Part shown: positions 57,401 through 64,000 of the stretch, one piece after another | Numbering within the stretch: the first letter of the stretch is position 1 | Layout of the letters: each line of letters opens with the position of its first letter | Source: Mantamonas sphyraenae STR306 | Taxonomy: Eukaryota > Protista > CRuMs | Direction of reading: 5' to 3' | Length of the DNA: 64,000 bases | NCBI GenBank assembly: GCA_026936335.1 | Contig: JAPMXV010000043.1 | Coordinates: forward strand, 434,001 to 498,000 | The notes under the pieces: generated by a model | Told to the model about the DNA's origin: nothing | Databases searched by the model: none | What the model saw: the letters and a program-made list of their open reading frames with translations, nothing else | Translations under genes and position numbers: made by a program

Positions 57401-59089
57401 GGGCCCCTTGCGCGTCTTTCCATCCTGTCCTGCCCCTGTGCGCCCGCCTCCTGCACCGCCTGAGCTGTCACCACCCGTGCCTGACCCTGTGCCCGAGCTG
57501 ATTCCGGGCACCAATGTGGCAACCACAGACTCGCCCTTCTTCTTGGCCTCCTTGACGCGGTCTCGCTCTCGCTGCCTCAGCTGTCGGCGCTCGTCCACAT
57601 ACAAGGGACTTTCTGGTCGCGAGCTGCCACCGGAATCCGTCCCTGTGAACGATGGTGCCCCCAAACCTGCGTTGTTGCCTGCCTGCCCCCGGCCCTTGTG
57701 GCTACTGCTGCTTTCTTCGCCACCGCCAGCCGTCTGCGTGTGTGTGTGTCCACCTGTCTCTTCACCTTTGCCGCTGCCTCCCTCCTCTTCCTCCTTCACG
57801 GCCTGCAACCTGTTGTTGAGTGAGCCCGAACGCAGGCGTCCACCCCTGCTGCTACTGGCTCCGGCGCTGCTATTCCTACTGCTGCTGCGCCCGTCACTGG
57901 CACCCGAGGAGGTCGAGGACGAGGTCGCCGAGTGCGTGGTGCCCGTCGAGACGGTGCGGTTTGCGCGGCCCAGAATCCGCGCAAGATCGGCGTTGTTTTT
58001 CGAGGCCTCTGCACTGCGGCTGGCAGTGCGAACGTTGCTCGCAAGGCGGCGCACCTCTTTGTAGTATTGTACACGTTCGTTCTGCAGGCCCACCAGATGG
58101 TCGACCTCCTCCTCCAGCGCAGCCTGCTGCTGCGGGGACATCTTGTAGCGCGAGTCGACCCCAATGGTATGCAGATCCTTGCTGTTGCCTCGCCCAGCCG
58201 CAATCGCTGCTGTGGACGATACTGCCATGAGCGATGAGGTGCTTGCGACGCCCGTGCTGCTGTGTCGCCCGCTGCCGCCGCCTCCGCCACCGGCGCGCTC
58301 GTCCTCGGAGCCGTTACTATTCTGCTGCAGTTTGTGCTCCAGCAGGTCCAGTGCCTCACTTTGTTTCAAGTTGTCCATCATGCGGATGGTGCTCATTTCC
58401 ATGTCCAGTGCCTCTTTCTTGTCCCGCATGTACTTCTGGTGGTCCTGGACCAGAAACGAGTGGGGCAGTTGTTTGAAAACGCCTTGCTCGTACGCGTCCT
58501 CCTCCGTGTTCAACGACTGGTCCACACGCTCACGCAGCCACGCCATGCTCAGTCGTGTGCTTGCCGATGTGGGCTTGAGGTACGGCCCCTGGCTACTGCC
58601 GCTGGCATATGGCAGCCACACCTTGACTCCGTATTCGTCCAGCACCACCAGGTGCTTGCGCGTGGCATTGAAGCGCACACGCAGGATGGGCGATGAGTGC
58701 CGAAACTCGCGCAGGAATTGGAAGCCATTGGGGATCACATTTTCCATCAGGTTGGCCTTGACCGCCAGTTCGTTGTCCGAAGAGGCCACGAGCGGGTCGC
58801 CCAGCAGACTCTGCTCGCGCAGAGGCTCCAGATCCATCCCCTGTTCCTCCACCTGTTTGGAGAGCATGTGTTCTACCAGTGTGCCCATCTGCGTCTCACG
58901 ATCCTTTTGTGCCAGCTCGGAGCTGAGCTTCTTGGCAATCAGCTTGAAGCTGCGGCGTCTCGCCTCCGGGGTTTCTCCATCTCCAGAGCCTTCAGAGCGG
59001 AAGATGGAACCCAGACTCGAGTTGCGAGTCAGCTTGATAGCCTTGGACAGTTTGGTGAGCGCCTTGGGTTTGGCCACGTCACCGTCCAT
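51464..59089 (-). CDS. Very large WD40-repeat protein (WDR87/WDR97-like) with long disordered regions, apparently intronless
   Basis: WD40 repeats (ITASKDSTICLWD, GHTAPV..LLSASEDSTVRVW, FMTASKDGTIKFWN) ending FVSPLGDVAVGIG..FVI....YLP, as recalled for WDR87/97. Coiled coil and R/S/G-rich tail. Confidence 0.8.
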   Translation of the reverse strand: MDGDVAKPKALTKLSKAIKLTRNSSLGSIFRSEGSGDGETPEARRRSFKLIAKKLSSELAQKDRETQMGTLVEHMLSKQVEEQGMDLEPLREQSLLGDPLVASSDNELAVKANLMENVIPNGFQFLREFRHSSPILRVRFNATRKHLVVLDEYGVKVWLPYASGSSQGPYLKPTSASTRLSMAWLRERVDQSLNTEEDAYEQGVFKQLPHSFLVQDHQKYMRDKKEALDMEMSTIRMMDNLKQSEALDLLEHKLQQNSNGSEDERAGGGGGGSGRHSSTGVASTSSLMAVSSTAAIAAGRGNSKDLHTIGVDSRYKMSPQQQAALEEEVDHLVGLQNERVQYYKEVRRLASNVRTASRSAEASKNNADLARILGRANRTVSTGTTHSATSSSTSSGASDGRSSSRNSSAGASSSRGGRLRSGSLNNRLQAVKEEEEGGSGKGEETGGHTHTQTAGGGEESSSSHKGRGQAGNNAGLGAPSFTGTDSGGSSRPESPLYVDERRQLRQRERDRVKEAKKKGESVVATLVPGISSGTGSGTGGDSSGGAGGGRTGAGQDGKTRKGPELGVDETEDINSYIFTPSFRCVHHEPTLDLYFVITHNSLIQTYDNNWRLLRSLDNKHYEHPGAVSIAFNAEKSELITGSTDVMVWRFHVEVSDARQLQESTHKVSLELLHRVEIHGSGEGGIDNPREHWVTILFLHEQHQMLYAVVDNLVHVYNCHNYEFRQTIHHLHSLTITVFKFHQRYGYYITASKDSTICLWDANFFQVGLFSGHTAPVHAVGQHPELGLLLSASEDSTVRVWHVDTSREVYRCNVGMPLYGMEILGANSAHMALQGRDRVELWHLNRVPSFFSSSRAKITKVSLSEPVNEVSRLVTLAEDSSVCLLSGVDGRVLSTILPMQMEVLELVHSPQTNRMFTLMQNNQVYVFDALKQPMKRLGRHSLVTNQHDHVTCMMLIETSLPPPCGETYEHVLDVGEPWDLLLVGTRLGELLLWDMHRYEQGVPYNVLELERGVAVEKVCYDSTHDWFLCYSRSINKAGASYLRIYDLLTWRLVNTIRVGQRDVMKNQEVTYTALCLQRGHIMCGRSDGALEMYTVDGEVIEVERDHHGLVHSVEYLPELSLFMTASKDGTIKFWNNEGNLVRDIVLDEPCTSATFVSPLGDVAVGIGYDVFVIHGAKYLPASLYGRTRRMGVVRENKFINEVDQRQEARIEVVDDVEELMRPVTAYGRAQRSKAKSGNDDDEGKVNDDLLRMRHRLTFQMKREQREMAKLQEEIKATEEMKAIRKKMLEEYQQRLAEKKRIKELEEREAAARARQLGDVEGLSSDEDGLSTDDDESLSPKSRLTRREAERKAKARKFEEEERLETVKEEVSKYYDGSEGYEMVSKFENDLAKHAPVASAGKRGGERDLSLPDVPKAMGERPPGQVVDEKEFALQLPGFIQQKQKAKAGKTGGSKREGEETGGTLGGALDDDAPAAGLDEKELAELAALQMQLEGEVRGEGEASADEASRRSKQEEAARERLNQLRLAQRRARAASLRRDGEEGGMSALEMVMSGKWEGNADGDEGKRRQSTPMGMAGMEEGDGEEEDADAGKRRVHVVVEPGDSLQDTLDKMMLQREEDEAANAAKEDANGRLHRGLPSRGDSRRRAAGPSYAQSTASSDMHRGLRRRGLGDVEPKKGRKKKRKRRRRRRREASMVVDDDMDAADESEDVSPRRVRQGQSQQQRVLWDDRVKGNSAKELMEEWEARHGGQATGMGRAMRTARSMSSMPRMQEVMDMQAELYGRPSSQQGYARHPSSPNGVLRWHGARSTSPMEIYLATEERARVREERRASSRASQVELEERARSRSRSRSRSRGELMFGSSSSGSSGSEAEGRPLRSAVRSAGSPNNERMRRHASQHSVKFADEVDVSEEREVRVGRRGGRGRGGGGGGRGRRHVSDREYASRYGTTYRSNSYVAEEEGMEGRDGLQGRGMQSSGSKVDRGRVRVRPGSRGSASSGGEGGVSQQQQSRIAVDEFGRLVVVSKQRREDGSGYRLTKTVDPMGLYGLSQRSSEWRNVRKMIRNEPDLQAKLYYLRQGNRGGGGGGGSLSGGEDSGGSDGGGSGRGRVRKTSLTQGTQLARQHAMERKQFEDAYYRSGHVVMQSSPSLEEQQRGKVNPMDADAYAQLEEAQLRVSGEEGHQGARRPSNRFVRSMSTGRRGGRLRGSLTGMARSLANGGGGAHSTLTVEGRRSSGGPAAGFDMERLELERQAAQLRRLRKKRMKRGMGGAVPNEYVDEGAAAAMSGSSSSGSSSSSSSSSSSSSSESDSEDGMTEEEMKASLMELRRQRAALQQRRRESERDTRRGMEHVALSGMQKGPNEAVIEFSVAGTGHKGVGGQGHSSVPSAHTPMKPRTGSGHGRGRSPRSVRGQGGGEGDEAEEGLRGMGLRTMDGELVREYFASNSVARRSSSMQEAYALSMRKDKASATVSTPKNQSFRTMQTRRSILGASTERQRKGSASAWTVQGSPVAANSNSGGGSGTLSMRGTLNPNRKLPELGGQGGTRR

Positions 59090-59216
59090 GCCAGTGGGGT
59101 TTTTGTTTGCGGGCGAAAGGGGGTGGGGGCGCGGCACGAGACAACACAGACACCAAAGGACAGAAAAGGCACGCAGTTGCTGCGCACGAAGCTTCCTTCC
59201 ACAACAATCGCAGCAG

Positions 59217-62200
59217 ATGGAACAAGCACAACTGCGACTGGCAAACGCGCAGCGTGCGTGCGAGAAACACCGCCTGCACTACGGCTCCGTGGTCATGGAT
59301 GTGTGCAAACAGGGCGAGTGGACGGACAATGCGAGTTTGGCGCATGGGATGGTGGAAGCCCTGCGTGGCGTCATTGAACAGCACGAGGCAGCAGAGGCGG
59401 CGGCGACAAGTGTTGCCGTGACACACCTGTGGCCTGACGTGGTACACGGCAGGGGCCACAAGGGAGAGCAAGAAGAAACCACGGGAGCGCTGGGGTATGT
59501 GGTGCAGAGTGTGACGGCCAACCTGGAGCCAGGCAAGCTCCTGGACGAGTACGAATTACGCGCCAAAACACTTGCACACGAACGCCGATGTGTGGAACAC
59601 ATCGAGGCATGCGAGATGCACACAGAGCTTGCCGTGCCAGCAGTGCTGCAGGTCGACTACATGGGACGTCGCGTCCTGGTCTCTACAGGGCCGCTACACA
59701 CGCCGCCGCCCAACGTCCACACGGACGTCTCACACGCACGCAATGTGCTGATGGAGCTTCAGGCTCGGCTCAATGTGCACCACAGTCATGCTACGACGAC
59801 GTCTTCATCCTCGTCCTCGTCCTCGTCCTCTTCTTCGTCTAGTTCCACAGAAAGCGACGACGAAGACGACCATGACGAGCGTCAAGCACGCCTGGCTCGC
59901 AATCTGGTGTTGCGACAACGGTAAGGAGACATTGGCCATACACATTGTGGGTGGGTGGAATGGGGTAGGGAACGCTAACACAGCATGCGCAGATTGACCC
60001 TCGCCAGCGTGAGCAAAACTGGCGGCCTGTTGACTCCGCTGGAGCCTGGGCAGTGCATGCCTGTGGAGCTGCCACTGGACACAGAAGGGAGGATAGGCAC
60101 ACTTGAAGACGGGAACGACCGCTTGATGGAAACTCTGTATCGGTGTACTCGTCAACTGCGTCCAGAGCTTGTCCGCAATCGATCGGTGTGCACGGGCGCA
60201 TTGTGCAGCCAAGTGCTTCTGGAAGCGTGTCGCACGTCGGAACAGAGCGGGGTGCACCAGTGCAGTGAGTGGCTGTGGCAGGAGCTTGTTCCCAGCGTGG
60301 CGACGTGGCTGGATGCGCAAGCCGAAGCAAACACGTTGAGCCATCGGCTGGACGACGGTGTGCTGGTGCGTCAACTGCACGCCAACGGGCTGAATGTGCG
60401 ACACATGGGAGCGTTGAGACGCCACAGCGAGATCCCGGCTACGGCACATGTGCTGCTGCGGCACATGGTTGCGCGCACGTTCAAGTGTATGCTTCGACGT
60501 GCCCTGCGCGCGGCTCCGGCTGGCATTGGCCAGGCCAAGACTGCTGTGATGGAATGCGTCAACGGGATGGTGGAGCACGTGCACGCCAGCAAACCGTGGC
60601 CTGCCTTTGTGGATCTGTTGCAACTCAAGTACCCAATGGCCCTGGACGATAGTGAACTGCAGCAACTGCGTGCCTCGTACGAGTGGCAACACGTGGGCAT
60701 TCGTGCTGTCGATCTCATGGACATTGTGGCCTACGCGGTGGAGGCTGTGGGCGTGTCGGTGCACGGGCGTTTTGCACGCCAGCTGGCCAGCCTTCAGCGC
60801 GACCACGAGGCGCGTGCTGTGTTGGTGTTGGACGACGTCACAGGGATTTTTGCAGTGCTGAAACCCAGTGTGGTTTCGTCAAGATACGTGGCAATGTTGC
60901 ACACGGTGCAGGCGCAGCTGTTGCAACTGCGCGGCGTAGAGCGTCCGGTGTCGGTGCATGGGCTCAAACAGGCACAGGAGCAATGGCATCGCTATGCACA
61001 GTGGCGTGCCTGCGACAAGGCTGCGCTGGTACAGCTTGCGACGTGTTTCCATGCAGTGGGCGGACCTGCTGATCTGCAAACTGCCACCCGCCTTCTCCGA
61101 GACGCACTGTCGTACCATCCACACTCTGCAGATGAGCATGTGCTGCTGGGAGACTTGCTATGGGCGCAAAGCGAGGCTGCGGTACGTGGAGAGACGAACA
61201 CGGTGGCACAGCGGGAGGAAGAGGCAACCGAAGGACAGGAGCGCTCGCGTCAACGCCGACGCATGGCTTTGCTGCGCAAGGCGGGAAGTCAATACCGCAC
61301 TGCGTTGGAGATGGAACACACACGGATGCCATGGGATGACACATGGGCTGGGTTGATGCGCATGGATGTGCTTGAAACGTTGTCGGATTCGGATGTGGGT
61401 GTGATGGTGTCATTTGCGCGATGGCAGATGAACGACGCGGCGTCACTCATGGACCATGCCACTGCATGGGAGCTGTTGAGTGCAGATGCACGTTGGCACG
61501 TCGCTCTGGACATCCTAAACGGGCGTATGAGCGTCCCTGACGCCGCATGCGTACGCCTGGCGAGCAAACACTCGTGGAGAAGCCCAACGACTACCGCCTC
61601 CTCCACTTCGTCTCTGTCTCAAATGGCTGCTGGGCAGGTGACATTGCGTCCTTTGACGCTGAGTGCTGGCGCGCAGGTGCAAGTGCAGTTGCCGGACGGG
61701 GCGACAGTGGCCATGGGACTGGGCACGGATGGACGCCGGCGCTTGACATTGAGTGGATGGCAAAGTGGAGTGAGCACGCGGCAGCTGGATATGTTGCTTG
61801 GCGTGGACACGCACGTGGAACGCGCGCAAATTGGGAAGTGGCTGCATGGGGCCATGGAAGAGCACCAAGCATTGCAGGTGCACATTGACTCGTGTCGTCG
61901 CATGCCTGTGCAGTTGGGAGCACTGATGCACCAGCACGGCCTAGGCGTGGACGAGTTTGTGTCCCACGGCACACAATGGATGGACGAGAGCCTGTACACG
62001 GCGATGGAGATTCTGTACGACACCGACAACAGCTTGGAGGTTGTGCATACAGTGGGAGCAAACGACCGTCCTATGGCGATGGTGAAGTTGCGTACGGGGA
62101 GTGAACAGGGATCTGCAGGCGGACCCGTGGACCTGTGGCAATGTTTGGACGAGGGTGTAGCGGTGTGCCGTGTTCAACATGGCCATTTGACTGCTCCGTT

Positions 62201-64000
62201 GGTGTTGCCACTGACACAGCGCATGGCCACTCTGCATCGACTGGCTTCACTCGACCTGAGCCACAATCGGCTCGGGGCCGGTGGTGCGGCCATGGTGTTG
62301 GGCCAGTTGCACACATGTCCACACTTGATGGATGTCAACCTGTCAGACAACGGGATTGACGATGAGGTGCTGGTGGAGCTTCTGCGCGAGAAGGAGGAGA
62401 ATGCGCTGCACGTGGATCTGCACACCCTCACACTGGCGGACAACCACATAGGCGACGCATTCTGTTTGTTGCTGGCCGCTTCGCACAGGCCCGGATGCGT
62501 CTTGCGTGTACTCCGCTTGCACAACAATGTCGTGGGTGACGCTGGCGTGCGTGCACTGGCAGAAAGTGGATGGATGGGCGAGTTGCACGAGCTGGCGTTG
62601 GAAGACAATGCCATTGGTGACGCAGGCATCATTGACCTGTGCCAGGGGGTGCGCAGGACGTGGGGTAGCACATCGACGCATGGACGTGCTTCGGACCCTG
62701 TGAAGGAGGTGCAGGTAGAGCTGGAGGAGGATGTCAACGACGATGCACTGGTTGTGCATGGCGTGCCACAGGAGATCTCACGCAGCAGTGGCAACAGCAA
62801 CACGGCGTGCCCGCTGGTGGTCTTGAGGCTGCGTGGGAACCCTGTGGGAGCGGATGGGGCTCGTGCGTTGGGACAGCTGCTGACGGAGGAGGCGTGTGGC
62901 ATACGCACGGTGCACCTGAACATGCAAGTGCACGTGGCCCAGCTGTTGCAGGCAGATGCGCCGGTGAGCCGTCTCACGCTGAGTGGAGAAGGGTTGCAGG
63001 ATGTGGATGCTGTGGTGCTTGTGCATCTGTTGCAGCACAGGCCTTCCATGGCTCGACAGGCGCTGCAAAGGCTGGATGTGAGTCACAACCGACTTGGCGA
63101 CGCGGGCATGGCAGCTGTGGCGTCGTTGCTGGGGCGTCGTGTTGCTGGTGGGGACAAGGATGGCGAGGATGAGCTGCTGGAAGGCCACCCCAACCTGCAC
63201 GATTTGGTGTTGCACAACAATGCCATTGGAGCAGACGGGGCGAGGGCCCTTGCGGACGCGCTGGGGTCGGAGGGCAGAGGCGGATGCAAGTCGTTGGGTG
63301 TGTTGGAGCTGCACAGTAACCCGTTGGGCAGCGTGGGCGTGGCAGTGCTGGCAGATGCGTTGCATGCACAGGTGGACTCGTCGTTGCTCACAGATCTGCA
63401 CCTGGACAGCGTCGACATGGGAAGCGACGGCGCAGAGGCGTTGGCCAAGGGACTGCTGCGTACAAGTGCACGGCTGCAAGTGGTGCACCTGAATGACAAT
63501 GGCATCGACGACCGGGGCGTACTGGCGCTGTGTGGGGCGTTGTTGGACAACGAGGAGTGTGGCCTGATTGCGCTGCACTTGGATTGGAACGATGTGGGCC
63601 ACGTGGGTGCACACGCATTGGCTCAAGTGCTGGCACGCGACGACAGGGTGCCTCTTTCACACTTGAGTCTGCGCGGCAACCCTGTGGGCGACGCGGGTGG
63701 TGCACGGCTAGCTGAGGCGGTGTGTCACAATCGCACCCTTGGCCATCTGGTGCTCAATGTGGACGTGGAGGTGCAAGTGCTGCGGCGCAGCCACACAGCG
63801 CCAGACTTGGACTTGTCTGCGTGCAGAGTGACCAATGCAGACGCCGTGGTGGTGGCCACACTGCTGTGTGCCAACACGAGTGTCCAGCGCCTGTCGCTGG
63901 CCGACGGCGAACTCGACGACGGGTGTGTTCCGGCCCTGGAACAGTTGCTCACGGCAAACGCAAGACTGAACACTCTGGACCTGCGAGGCAACCCACGGCT
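59217..64000 (+). CDS. Clu-domain + RNI-like leucine-rich-repeat protein; the 3' end runs off the window. Exons 59217-59920 and 59993->64000
   Basis: LAHERR..LAVPAVLQVDYMGRRVLV, then after a GTAAGG..GCTAAC..CAG intron QLRPELV and LHANGLNVRHMG (Clu motifs). From ~62240 there are repeated LxLxxNxLGxxGAxxL units. This frame has no ORF-track entry, consistent with it staying open to the window end. Confidence 0.85.

Noticed and set aside
58164-59216. N-terminal extension of the 586-aa + ORF
   Set aside because: Antisense to the WD40 gene. The plausible start is ATG 59217.

Overview
Gene-dense, GC-rich eukaryotic nuclear DNA from a unicellular organism, probably a flagellate (zeta-like tubulin, WDR87/97-like protein). 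It has GT-AG spliceosomal introns of about 70-350 nt with CTRAC-like branch points. About 26 protein-coding genes fill nearly the whole window: housekeeping genes (BUD13, RPN1/PSMD2, CNOT11, ALG14, PEX3, CTP synthase, gamma-COP, NMRK, CABLES-like cyclin), a ferlin, a papain-family protease, two ankyrin proteins, a GST, a tandem VOC protein and several large orphan secreted or membrane proteins. No rRNA, tRNA, CRISPR or transposon was recognised. Main highlights: (1) a DEK1-type multi-pass membrane calpain with a complete EML-type HELP/WD40 (TAPE) tubulin-binding domain inserted in its membrane region; (2) 20-30 kb G/C strand-skew domains that set codon and intron composition regardless of gene orientation; (3) intergenic spacers down to 9-30 bp, shorter than the introns; (4) an 8-nt microexon; (5) a secreted precursor with an acidic pro-region, cationic amphipathic helices and a C-x4/5-W-x5-C repeat. 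All gene models were read by eye and family assignments rest on recalled motifs; no database searches were run.
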